Below, piece by piece: positions 7,863 through 16,413 of a DNA stretch of 24,000 bases. Location: NCBI RefSeq assembly GCF_002091675.1, contig NZ_BDAE01000002.1:33481-57480 (forward strand), given 5' to 3'. Each line of letters begins with the position of its first letter. Within the stretch, counting starts at the first letter, position 1. The DNA comes from Pseudomonas luteola NBRC 103146 (GTDB lineage: Bacteria; Pseudomonadota; Gammaproteobacteria; Pseudomonadales; Pseudomonadaceae). The notes beneath the pieces were generated by a model. It worked only from the letters and a program-made list of their open reading frames with translations, had not been told where the DNA came from and did not search any database. The translations under genes were made by a program, and so were the position numbers.

Positions 7863-8534
7863 TTATTGCACGGGCTTCCAGGCACCGCTATCAATCCCTT
7901 CAACCAGGCGGTTGACTGCTTCGCGAATGGCCAGGTCCAGTACCTTGCCGTTCAGCGTCGAGTCGTAACTGGCTGTCCCGCCAAAGCCAACCACTTCCCG
8001 GTTGGACAGGTTGTACTCACCGGCACCCTGGGTTGAGTAAACCACTTCGGACGTACGAACATTGACGATATTGAGGTTGACCTTGGCATAGGCAATTTGT
8101 GATTTGGCGCGACCAAGAATGCCAAAGAGCTGTTGGTCGCCTACTTCCTTGCGGCCAAATTCTGTTACGTCGCCGGTAACTACATAATCAGCACCACGCA
8201 GCTGCTGGCCCTTTTTCGAGAGGGCACTTTCCTGCGCTATTTCACTCATGTTGTCACGGTCCAGTACATTGAACCGGTTGGACTGCTGAAGGTGAGTCAC
8301 TAGAATGGTTTTAGCTTGACCGCCGAGACGATCGACACCATCTGAAAACAAGCCCCGCATATAGCTTGAGCGGTTGTCGAATTTACCTACGGAAACAGGC
8401 TGGCGTACGCCTTGGTAGACACTTTGAGCGGAGGTCACCTTAGCAACTTCCAGGGTTCGGGATTCTTCGGTTGCGCAGCCAGACATTAGAGCCGACAAGC
8501 TAATGGCGCTTGCAATCAAAACCTTCTTTTTCAT
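7863..8534 (-). CDS. CsgG/HfaB-family outer-membrane lipoprotein.
   Basis: The ORF track gives 7863..8612. The start at 8534 (MKKKVLIASAISLSALMSGC) yields a canonical lipoprotein signal, whereas the 26-aa extension does not. GKFDN.S......LF......LGGQA...L...L..S.RF.VLDR and ADY.V.G.VTEFG resemble the CsgG-like family. Confidence 0.8.
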   Translation of the reverse strand: MKKKVLIASAISLSALMSGCATEESRTLEVAKVTSAQSVYQGVRQPVSVGKFDNRSSYMRGLFSDGVDRLGGQAKTILVTHLQQSNRFNVLDRDNMSEIAQESALSKKGQQLRGADYVVTGDVTEFGRKEVGDQQLFGILGRAKSQIAYAKVNLNIVNVRTSEVVYSTQGAGEYNLSNREVVGFGGTASYDSTLNGKVLDLAIREAVNRLVEGIDSGAWKPVQ

Positions 8535-9252
8535 GTACTTCTCTTTACTGAAGTTGAGGCTATTACCATCACTCCGTCTGTGCGTAGTAATAACCGTAGG
8601 CGAGCAGATCACACTGCTTTAGCGTTTGCCGTATGCAACGAAGAAAGAGAGGTAGGGATGTATTCGCTGGAATTGCCAGGGATAAGCGGCAATCGAGAAT
8701 CAAGAAACCTGACCAATCCTTGGCTGATTAGCATCCTGCTAGAGAAGGGAATTTGTGAAGTCTATCAACCTTCTTAAAACATATTAGGTTGTGCTTCGAC
8801 GAATGGAGCAGATGAAGTCATAGACGGAGCAGCAATAGGAGAAGCCGTGAAAGATTTGTCTCAATCAGTGACTGATAGGTCTGTTTTCGAACAAGTAAGT
8901 CACGAGGTAGGGAAAGATTTTCAGCCGACCAGCGGCAGAGAGAATTAAAGGATAAAAAGCGCCATTTAAAGCCTGCTTATCATGACACGGAAACGCCTTG
9001 CAGGCTTCGAAAACACTGGCCTAAAGCCGCTTTGCTGCGTTTGCTCAATAAGACTTTCTAATTGGCTTGATAGATAAAAGCATTCAGGCTAATGGTCGCC
9101 TGCTCTGAACTATCTGGAGCCAAACTGCCTCCACTTCTACAGAGCCTGTACATGACGTCGTTAAGCAGGCTCCTACACCATTGGTGTTATCAAAATCAAA
9201 AAGGAAGTAGTGGGATAAGGACAGCGTGATTAAATCTGGATAGGAGAGCTGT

Positions 9253-10140
9253 ATGTTCGTTCATAACAAACGACTTCAGTATACCGTTCGTGTAGCTGGT
9301 CCCAACCCGGGCCTGGCCAATCTAATGCTTGAGCAGTTTGGCGGTCCTCAAGGCGAACTCGCGGCTGCGATGCGCTATTTCACCCAGGGTCTGGCCGAAG
9401 ACGATGCAGGTCGTAAAGATATGCTGATGGATATCGCGACCGAAGAGCTTAGCCACCTGGAAATTATTGGCTCCATCGTCGGTATGTTGAACAAGGGCAA
9501 CAAAGGCCAACTGGCCGAAGGCATCGAAGAAGAAGCCGAGTTGTACCGTAGCATCACCGGAGCGGGTAACGATTCTCACATTACATCTGTTCTGTACGGT
9601 GGCGGCGCACCGCTTACCAACTCTGCAGGTGTACCGTGGACAGCAGCTTATATCGATACCATCACTGAGCCGACTGCTGACCTGCGCTCCAACATCGCAG
9701 CAGAAGCGCGTGCGAAGATTGTGTATGAGCGCCTGATCAACCTCACTGACGACGTAGGCGTGAAAGATGCCTTACAGTTCCTGATGACGCGCGAAATCGC
9801 TCACCAGAAGTCCTTCGAGAAAGCCCTGCACTCCATGCAGCCCAACTTCCCTCAAGGCAAGCTGCCAGGCAAGCCGGAATTCGCCAACGTGTATTTCAGT
9901 ATGTCCCAAGGCGAAGGCGACATGCGTGGTCCTTGGAACCAGGGTGGCGAGTGGGAATATGTAGAAAGCCCGCAGCCTGCTGTTGATGGCGGTGATGGCC
10001 TGGCTACTGTCAATCTGCCTGCCAAAGACATGAAAGTGGTCGAGCAGATGGTCAAGCGCACAGCGTCCGATCCGGCCAGCAACCCTCTGACTGGGGCTGA
10101 TCTGGGCTCCGGCATGGCTACGCAGAAGAAAGAAGTCTGA
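9253..10140 (+). CDS. katN: Manganese (non-haem) catalase, KatN-like.
   Basis: 295 aa. LQYTVRV..PNPGLANL.LEQFGGPQGELAAA.RYFTQG, DIATEELSHLEI and MTREIAHQ.SFEKAL are di-Mn catalase family signatures. GGAGAG lies 5 nt upstream of the ATG. Confidence 0.9.
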   Translation: MFVHNKRLQYTVRVAGPNPGLANLMLEQFGGPQGELAAAMRYFTQGLAEDDAGRKDMLMDIATEELSHLEIIGSIVGMLNKGNKGQLAEGIEEEAELYRSITGAGNDSHITSVLYGGGAPLTNSAGVPWTAAYIDTITEPTADLRSNIAAEARAKIVYERLINLTDDVGVKDALQFLMTREIAHQKSFEKALHSMQPNFPQGKLPGKPEFANVYFSMSQGEGDMRGPWNQGGEWEYVESPQPAVDGGDGLATVNLPAKDMKVVEQMVKRTASDPASNPLTGADLGSGMATQKKEV

Positions 10141-10194
10141 CGCTTTTCTGCTAGATGATTACCCGTGCATGGCTTGGCTGTGGTCTGACACCAC

Positions 10195-10215
10195 ACCCTG
10201 CCATGCAGGGTTCTT
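10195..10215 (+). terminator. Weak hairpin after katN, a possible attenuator or partial terminator.
   Basis: ACCCTGC cat GCAGGGT (7-bp stem) is followed by TCTT. The loop is very short, so confidence is low. Confidence 0.3.
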
Positions 10216-10338
10216 ATGTAAAACCTTGCGTGAGCCGATAGATACGTTCTTCACCCCGGCACTCATCAGGACGAATTAAAATGGCGGAACGCAGTCGCAA
10301 TAAACGGCACTGTTATTACCGCATATCAAGGAAGCGAG

Positions 10339-10872
10339 ATGACTGAAGAAAACCGCGACGCACAACTTTCTGAAGACCAGGCGATTGAGTTCGCCCATCA
10401 AGTACTCGATTTGGCGCGCAGTGGCGATGCAGTCACATTGGGCAAACTGCTGAATAAGGGGCTGCCCCCCAACCTACGCACCAGTAAAGGTGACACACTG
10501 CTAATGCTGGCCAGCTACCATGGACAGCTTGATGCGGTACGTACATTGCTCGATCATGGTGCTGACCCGAATATCTGCAACGATAACGGCCAGAGTCCTA
10601 TTGCGGGTGCAGCCTTCAAGGGCAATCTGCCAATGGTAAAGCTGTTGGTTGAGCAGGGTGCCGATGTGGAAGGCGTGTCCCCGGATGGCAAGACCGCACT
10701 GATGATGGCTGCGATGTTCAATCGGGCCGAAATCGCCGAATACCTGATCGAAAAAGGCGCCAATATTAACGCCCAGGATGCTAACGGTGTAACGCCTCTT
10801 GCAGCTGCACAACGTATGGGCGCGCCTGAAACGGTTGCGTTGCTGGAACGAATTCAAGAGCTGCAAAAGTAG
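10339..10872 (+). CDS. Cytoplasmic ankyrin-repeat protein.
   Basis: 177 aa with no signal peptide. There are about four ANK repeats (G.T.LM.A...G....V..LL..GADPN; GQSP...AA..G.....K.L...GADV; G.T.LM.AA.......YL...GA..N; G.TPL..A). AAGGAAG lies upstream. Confidence 0.85.
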   Translation: MTEENRDAQLSEDQAIEFAHQVLDLARSGDAVTLGKLLNKGLPPNLRTSKGDTLLMLASYHGQLDAVRTLLDHGADPNICNDNGQSPIAGAAFKGNLPMVKLLVEQGADVEGVSPDGKTALMMAAMFNRAEIAEYLIEKGANINAQDANGVTPLAAAQRMGAPETVALLERIQELQK

Positions 10873-10886
10873 GCAGCCTGTTTATG

Positions 10887-10913
10887 AAAAAGGCGCCTGT
10901 CAGGCGCTTTTTT
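10887..10913. terminator. Bidirectional rho-independent terminator between the convergent ank and rtcA genes.
   Basis: AAAAAG-GCGCC-tgtca-GGCGC-TTTTTT. An A-run and a T-run flank a GC stem, and it sits between the stops at 10872 (+) and 10924 (-). Confidence 0.75.
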
Positions 10914-10923
10914 GGTTTCGGGC

Positions 10924-11940
10924 CTATGATTCTAACCGTACCTGATAGCACTCATCGCTCAAGGGTTCGATTACGATGCGGACCGGGCAGAACCGCTGGA
11001 TGACCTCGGCATTACTACGCAAATGCTCAGACGCATGCAGGCAGGTGAAACGGCCACTGCCCGCCAACAACAGGGGGAGCAAGAGCTGGTCCGCCAGATG
11101 TTCGCCTACGGCAGCGCCGCTGCGCTCGAAGGCGAGCAGTTCATCAATGGCGTGATTGGCGACTTGTTCTGCCCTGACGCGGCTTTGCCCGAACGCAGCA
11201 AACACCTCGGTAACCGCCTCGTACTGTTGCTCGATTAGCACTACATTTCCAGGCCCCTGCGCCTTCTGTAGCTGAACGGTATGCAGGTTGTCCTGAGACC
11301 AGCCCAAACGTTGTGTTACTTGGTTCAGCTCGCGCGTGCCTATCGACTCGGGCAGGCCCGCCAGAAGCGCTTGCGCCTGCTGGCTGACCAATTGACCACG
11401 GTCTTCCAATATCAGCGGACTCAACCTGCTGGGTTGGATCACTACCGTCATCTCACCTCCACCCGCAGGAGCAAAGCCATGACGGATTAGGTCCAGCTCT
11501 ATATGGGCGCCCATCCGTTTCAGTAGCGGCAGCCATGCTTTTTGCAGGAAGTCGACTGGCGGTGCAGCAGGGTTGTGCGTTCCGCCTTTCAGTCTCAGGC
11601 GACTGGGAGCAGGTGCCTTGAGCAGGGCGGGCAACACGGTCTGCAGGACAAGTACACAGCTGCCTGCCGTGCTGATGGCAAATTCATAATTACCACCCTT
11701 GATTGCGCCAGGCTGAAAACGCAGACTCAGCGAGCCCAGCTCCGCACCCTCAAGCGTCGCATCGCATATCGCGGCGGCCGCTTGCACGGCCGTCAGGTGC
11801 TGGCGAAGCAAGCCAGGACGGCTCCGTTTCGCACGAATATTAATGATACTGAACGGCTGGCCGGTGATCATGGACAGGCTCAAGGCGCTACGCAGGATCT
11901 GACCACCGCCAATCGACCCGTCCAATTGTAGTTCTTCCAT
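10924..11940 (-). CDS. rtcA: RNA 3'-terminal phosphate cyclase RtcA.
   Basis: The ORF track gives 10924..11970. The ATG at 11940 (MEELQLDGSIGGGQILRSALSLSMITGQPF...) aligns with the E. coli RtcA N-terminus and has AAGAAGG upstream. GLLRQHLTAV, GSC.LVLQTVLPAL and GEHLADQLLLP are conserved. Confidence 0.93.
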   Translation of the reverse strand: MEELQLDGSIGGGQILRSALSLSMITGQPFSIINIRAKRSRPGLLRQHLTAVQAAAAICDATLEGAELGSLSLRFQPGAIKGGNYEFAISTAGSCVLVLQTVLPALLKAPAPSRLRLKGGTHNPAAPPVDFLQKAWLPLLKRMGAHIELDLIRHGFAPAGGGEMTVVIQPSRLSPLILEDRGQLVSQQAQALLAGLPESIGTRELNQVTQRLGWSQDNLHTVQLQKAQGPGNVVLIEQQYEAVTEVFAAFGQSRVRAEQVANHAIDELLAFERSGAAVGEHLADQLLLPLLLAGSGRFTCLHASEHLRSNAEVIQRFCPVRIVIEPLSDECYQVRLES

Positions 11941-11998
11941 GGTTAAAACCTTCTTTGTCGTGCAGTTCAATCTGCTTTCATTCGTCCAGTGAAGCTGA

Positions 11999-13219
11999 TC
12001 AGCCTTTGACGCATACCACCTGACGCAGAGTGTGTACCACTTCCACCAAGCTGCGCTGGGCTTCCATTACACGGTCGATGTCTTTATAGGCCATCGGGAT
12101 CTCATCGATGACGTTGGCATCCTTTCGGCATTCCACATGTGCGGTAGCGCGTACCTGGTCCTCGACCGTAAACAGGTTCTTGGCCTTGGTCCGGCTCATG
12201 GTTCGTCCGGCGCCATGGCTGCAGGAACAGAATGACTCCTCATTGCCCAGGCCGCGAACGATAAAGCTCTTGGCACCCATGGAGCCGGGAATGATGCCCA
12301 ATTCGCCCTTCTTGGCTGATACCGCCCCTTTGCGGGTAATCAGTACCTCCTGACCGAAATGCTGTTCTTTCTGCACGTAGTTATGGTGGCAGTTGACCGC
12401 TTCCAGGTTTGCCTCAAACGGCTTGGTGATGACCTTTCGGGCCGCATCGATCACTGCGTGCATCATCAGGGCGCGGTTCTGTTTGGCAAAGTCCTGCGCC
12501 CAGGCGACAGCCTCGACATAATCGTTGTAGTGCTTGCTGCCCTCCTCGAAGTACGCCAAGTCTTTATCGGGGAGATTGGCAATGTGCTGTTGCATGTCTT
12601 TTTTTGCCAGCTCGATGAACAGATTGCCAATGGCGTTGCCAACACCACGCGAGCCGCTATGCAGCATGAACCAGACCCGCTGGGCTTCGTCCAGGCAGAC
12701 CTCGATAAAATGGTTCCCGGTACCCAAAGTACCCAGGTGGTTGCGGTTATTGGTCTTTTCCAGTTTCGGGTATTTATCGGTAATGGCCTTGAAACGCTTG
12801 GCCAGGCTGGACCAAGCATGATCGGCCATATCAGGTACGTTCTGCCAGGCGCCCTGGTCGCGGCGGCCAAAGGTCTTGCCGTGGGGAACGGCCTTTTCGA
12901 TGGCGCTGCGTAGCGGTTGCAGATTGTCGGGCAGGTCTGAAGCCATCAGGGACGTACGCGCCGCGATCATGCCGCAGCCGATGTCGACGCCCACCGCCGC
13001 AGGGATAATGGCACCCACGGTTGGGATAACGCTACCGATAGTGGAGCCTTTACCCAGGTGGACATCCGGCATTACTGCCAGATGTTTGAAGATGAACGGC
13101 ATCTTGGCTGTATTCATCAGTTGCTGTTTGGCATCGCCTTCGACCGGGACGCCTTCGGTCCACATCTTGATAGGCTTGCCGTTGGCTACTTCAAGAAGCT
13201 GATAGTTCTGCTTGTCCAT
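11999..13219 (-). CDS. rtcB: RNA-splicing ligase RtcB (3'-phosphate/5'-hydroxyl RNA ligase).
   Basis: The ORF track gives 11999..13270. The ATG at 13219 (MDKQNYQLLEVANGKPIKMWTEGVPVE...) aligns with the E. coli RtcB N-terminus and has GGAG 10 nt upstream. The 17-codon extension would begin at about the predicted sigma-54 transcription start. It is near-identical to RtcB in hallmark blocks (MPDVHLGKGSTIGSVIP, GVDIGCGM, GTLGTGNHFIE, GSRG.GN, NCHHNY, GSMGAKSFIVRGLGNEESFCSCSHGAGR, LRQVVCVKG). Confidence 0.96.
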   Translation of the reverse strand: MDKQNYQLLEVANGKPIKMWTEGVPVEGDAKQQLMNTAKMPFIFKHLAVMPDVHLGKGSTIGSVIPTVGAIIPAAVGVDIGCGMIAARTSLMASDLPDNLQPLRSAIEKAVPHGKTFGRRDQGAWQNVPDMADHAWSSLAKRFKAITDKYPKLEKTNNRNHLGTLGTGNHFIEVCLDEAQRVWFMLHSGSRGVGNAIGNLFIELAKKDMQQHIANLPDKDLAYFEEGSKHYNDYVEAVAWAQDFAKQNRALMMHAVIDAARKVITKPFEANLEAVNCHHNYVQKEQHFGQEVLITRKGAVSAKKGELGIIPGSMGAKSFIVRGLGNEESFCSCSHGAGRTMSRTKAKNLFTVEDQVRATAHVECRKDANVIDEIPMAYKDIDRVMEAQRSLVEVVHTLRQVVCVKG

Positions 13220-13289
13220 TTCTACGCTACTCCATGGGTTGTCTGTGAGATGCAGGCAAATACGCTGCAACCTTCATATCCCTGGGTAT

Positions 13290-13305
13290 AGCAGAGGGCG
13301 TGCCA
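13290..13305 (-). promoter_or_regulatory. Sigma-54 (-24/-12) promoter of rtcBA.
   Basis: The minus strand reads 5'-TGGCACGCCCTCTGCT-3', against the consensus TGGCAC-N5-TTGCW. TGGCACG is exact, the GG-to-GC spacing is canonical, and the -12 element is CTGCT. It lies ~70 nt upstream of the rtcB ATG at 13219. The cognate activator rtcR is in the same window. Confidence 0.8.
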
Positions 13306-13333
13306 TTGTTTTAAAAGCGCCTGTCTTTAACTT

Positions 13334-13346
13334 TAACTTATTGAAA
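13334..13346 (-). promoter_or_regulatory. Candidate IHF site upstream of the sigma-54 promoter.
   Basis: The minus strand reads TTTCAAtaagTTA, one mismatch from the IHF core WATCAANNNNTTR. It is centred about 60 nt upstream of the predicted start and lies in an AT-rich tract with the CTTTAA CTTTAA tandem and two TTGAAATTT copies. Confidence 0.4.
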
Positions 13347-13690
13347 TTTAAGGATTTTGTTGAAATTTTTTGAGAGAGGGCTGCTTGGTCTCTTCTGATT
13401 TACGATATTTTTATCTATCACCTTATAAATTTATATAGCCATGGCTTCCCTCTACCTTACGTCTCATGATTTAGTCATCCGGCATCTTGAGATGACGCCT
13501 CTGTTCGTTCATCAGCCGACCAGCTGTCGGTAAAACTTATCTTGGGCAGTTGCTTTACAAGAGATTAAGATGGACTATTGTGGTATGACGACATACAGCA
13601 TATAACTATCGTCTAGAGTCACATCTAAGGTTTTATTGCGTAATTTTGTTGTAAGCGGCAATTCCATACTAATAAAAACAGGAAGCTGGT

Positions 13691-14836
13691 ATGACAACTA
13701 AGTCTATTCTGCAGGCTAGATCTACATGGGTAACAGGCGCGTTGTTGCTGGCAGTCAGCACGAGCAGTCTGGCAGCCCATATGCGCGAAGTGGCGACGTC
13801 CGGCTGGGCAACCCAGAACGGTGGTACACGTGGAGGCTCTGCCGCCATGGGAACCGATATCTATACCGTACGTTCTGCCACCGAGCTCAAACAGGCGCTA
13901 AGTGCAAACGCTGCAAGCAGTGGGCGCATCATCAAGATTGTCGGAACGATCGATATCAGCGACGGGAAACCCTTTACCAGTACCAGCGACATGGCCGAAC
14001 GCGGCCTGCTGAATGTTCCGGGTAATACGACCATTATTGGTTTGGGCAAACAGGCCGGTATTGTGGATGGGTTCTTCATGATCAAGCAGAACAACGTGAT
14101 CATGCGTAATCTCACGATCGAAAATGCCTGGGACCCTTCGCCTACCTGGGATCCGGATGACGGTGATCTGGGTAACTGGAACTCGGAATTCGATGGCGTC
14201 ACGATCAGCGGTGCCAGTAACGTCTGGCTCGATCATCTGACCTTTACAGACGGCGGGCGCCTGGACGATCCGAATGAGATCGGCAATGGTGTTCATATCC
14301 AGCATCATGACGGCGCTCTTGATGTAGTGTTGGGTGCGAACTACGTCACTGTATCCAATACCGTATTCAAACTGCACGACAAGAACATCCTGATCGGTAA
14401 CAGCGATAGCCGCGGCACTACTGATAGCGGCAAGCTGAAAGTCACTATCCACAATTCGGTTTTTCAGGATGTAGGCCAGCGCGCGCCACGGGTACGGTTC
14501 GGGCAGGTGCATCTGTACAACAACCTTCATCTTGGTAGCACCAAGGACGCTGTTTATCCCTTTGTTTACGCCCACGGAGTAGGTAAGTCCTCCGCCATTC
14601 TCTCGGAAGCTAATGTCTTCGCGATTTCCGGTGTCAGCGGGTGTGACCAGGTAACGGCCAATTGGGGTGGCACGGTTTACAAGGATGTCGGTTCGCTCAT
14701 CAATGGTCGGAAAATGACCTGCTCGTGGGATCCGAATATCGGTTGGGCTCCGCCGTATCGATACACCAAATTACCAGCTTCACTCGTACCGCTTGCCGTG
14801 CCTGTAAGAGCCGGTGCAGGCAGGATCAACTTCTAG
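13691..14836 (+). CDS. pel: Secreted pectate lyase, polysaccharide lyase family 1, copy 1 (the most divergent).
   Basis: 381 aa with a Sec signal (..SSLAA/HM). PL1 hallmarks are present: [20 protein letters not shown] (the vWiDH motif), [15 protein letters not shown] and QRAPRVRFG (the RxPxxR motif with the catalytic Arg). AGGAAG is the RBS. Confidence 0.9.
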   Translation: MTTKSILQARSTWVTGALLLAVSTSSLAAHMREVATSGWATQNGGTRGGSAAMGTDIYTVRSATELKQALSANAASSGRIIKIVGTIDISDGKPFTSTSDMAERGLLNVPGNTTIIGLGKQAGIVDGFFMIKQNNVIMRNLTIENAWDPSPTWDPDDGDLGNWNSEFDGVTISGASNVWLDHLTFTDGGRLDDPNEIGNGVHIQHHDGALDVVLGANYVTVSNTVFKLHDKNILIGNSDSRGTTDSGKLKVTIHNSVFQDVGQRAPRVRFGQVHLYNNLHLGSTKDAVYPFVYAHGVGKSSAILSEANVFAISGVSGCDQVTANWGGTVYKDVGSLINGRKMTCSWDPNIGWAPPYRYTKLPASLVPLAVPVRAGAGRINF

Positions 14837-14887
14837 CGAGCCAGCGTTCGTCTCGATTGGCTTTAAACATCCTTTTGAACATTAAAT

Positions 14888-14918
14888 GCCTGAGCGTTAT
14901 GGCTCAGGTTGCTTTCTC
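14888..14918 (+). terminator. Terminator-like hairpin after pel copy 1.
   Basis: CCTGAGC gttatg GCTCAGG forms a 7-bp stem plus a G.U pair, followed by TTGCTTTCT. Confidence 0.5.
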
Positions 14919-15013
14919 GAAGATGTCTTTGTTCAGCCTAATAGCAATATGCCGGTATTTAGATTGTTAGATTTATAAATGAGCGGCAGTGAACCCAACG
15001 TAGGAAAAACAAG

Positions 15014-16153
15014 ATGAAGATGAAGTGTGGGCAACTCAAGGTATTAACGTTGAGCGCGGGTCTGTTGATGTCTGTCATGGCCTCGAGCAGCTTTGCCGCC
15101 GACGTACTGGAAGCCGCCAGTACCGGCTGGGCTACGCAGAATGGCGGTACAAAAGGCGGCGCGGCGGCGTCGTCGGTCAATGTCTACACCGTACGCAATG
15201 CAACAGAACTCAAGAATGCGCTGAAAGCCTCCGCCAGCAGCCGTATCATCAAGGTCTCCGGCAAGATTGATATCAGTGACGGCAAGGCCTACACCACGAC
15301 CAGCGACATGAAAAGCCGCGCACAACTGAACGTACCGGCTAACACGACCATTGTGGGCCTGGGCTCTACTGCGCAGATCGTTAACGGGTTTTTCATGATC
15401 AAGGAAAATAACGTGATCATGCGCAACCTGACTATCGAGAACCCATGGGACCCAGTGCCGGTCTGGGATCCGGATGATGGTAGTCTGGGTAACTGGAACT
15501 CGGAGTTCGATGGCGTCACCATCGAAGGGGCCAATAATGTCTGGATTGATCATCTGACCTTTACTGATGGCAGCCGTCCGGATGATCCAAACGAGATCAA
15601 GAACGGGCGACATGTACAGCATCACGACGGTGCGCTGGACGTAAAGAAGGGCGCCAACTACGTGACCATTTCCCATACCATCTTCAAGCTGCACGACAAG
15701 AATATCCTGATCGGCTCCAGTGATAGCGCCAGCTCGACGGACAGCGGAAAGCTCAAAGTCACCATTCATAACTCGATCTTCGAAAACGTTTCTCAGCGTG
15801 CCCCACGTGTGCGTTTCGGGCAGGTACATCTGTACAACAACCTGCATGCCGGCAATACGAAGGATCCCGTCTACCCGTTCTACTCGGCCCATGGTGTCGG
15901 CAAGTCTTCAGCGATTCTGTCCGAGGCCAATGCCTTTAACATCAGTGGTATCAGCAGCTGCGACAAGGTCACTGCGCAGAACGGCGGCTCTGTCTACAAG
16001 GACGTTGGTTCATTGATCAACGGCGCCACGATGAGCTGTTCCTGGGGCGCCAATATTGGTTGGACGCCCCCTTACAAGTACACCAAGATGGCCGCTTCGC
16101 TGGTAGCTTCCAGCGTTCAGTCTTCTGCTGGCGCAGGCAAAATCAGTTTCTGA
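15014..16153 (+). CDS. pel: Secreted pectate lyase, PL1, copy 2.
   Basis: 379 aa with a signal ..SSSFA/AD. It carries the same PL1 motifs as copy 1 ([32 protein letters not shown]). It is very similar to copy 3 at both protein and nucleotide level, with long identical nucleotide runs. Confidence 0.9.
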   Translation: MKMKCGQLKVLTLSAGLLMSVMASSSFAADVLEAASTGWATQNGGTKGGAAASSVNVYTVRNATELKNALKASASSRIIKVSGKIDISDGKAYTTTSDMKSRAQLNVPANTTIVGLGSTAQIVNGFFMIKENNVIMRNLTIENPWDPVPVWDPDDGSLGNWNSEFDGVTIEGANNVWIDHLTFTDGSRPDDPNEIKNGRHVQHHDGALDVKKGANYVTISHTIFKLHDKNILIGSSDSASSTDSGKLKVTIHNSIFENVSQRAPRVRFGQVHLYNNLHAGNTKDPVYPFYSAHGVGKSSAILSEANAFNISGISSCDKVTAQNGGSVYKDVGSLINGATMSCSWGANIGWTPPYKYTKMAASLVASSVQSSAGAGKISF

Positions 16154-16173
16154 TTGACTGCTGACGATTCTGG

Positions 16174-16205
16174 CCCCTCTGGTGCTTTTGCTAGAGGGGT
16201 TTCTT
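16174..16205 (+). terminator. Rho-independent terminator after pel copy 2.
   Basis: CCCCTCT-12 nt-AGAGGGG is followed by TTTCTT, 20 nt after the stop. Confidence 0.7.
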
Positions 16206-16413
16206 GTCTACCACACAAGCCGTTGTGCGTCGTTTATCGGCCTGCATGTCATGGAACCTCGACGCGTCGACAGACGAAAGCAGAGACGCTACTCATTTTG
16301 GTTGAGAGCTATCTTTAGAAATCTAAAAATTCCAATATGACATTATTGCAGTGAAACTCATTTGCGTTGAGCCTGCGTGCGCGTTACAGACACTAAACAG
16401 TAAGGACGTGTAC

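Noticed and set aside
8580-8777. A 65-aa ORF in the csgG-like/katN intergenic region.
   Set aside because: It has no RBS and no recognisable features, and it overlaps the likely promoter region of the minus-strand operon.
11941-13290. A search for Rsr (Ro60) or Y-RNA/tRNA-like elements, which accompany rtcBA in Salmonella.
   Set aside because: There is no Ro-like ORF. There is no T-arm-like GGTTCGAATCC box or tRNA-like fold in the rtcB leader, the rtcB-rtcA spacer or the rtcR upstream region.
16171-16186. A sigma-54-like motif TGGCCC-N5-GTGCT with correct GG/GC spacing upstream of pel copy 3. Similar near-misses occur at 1756 (TGGCAC..), 9016, 14900 and 17588.
   Set aside because: The 16171 match coincides with the stem of the pel2 terminator, and a match of this low information content is expected by chance a few times in 48 kb of two-strand sequence. 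The others have the wrong -24/-12 spacing. Only the rtcB promoter is convincing.
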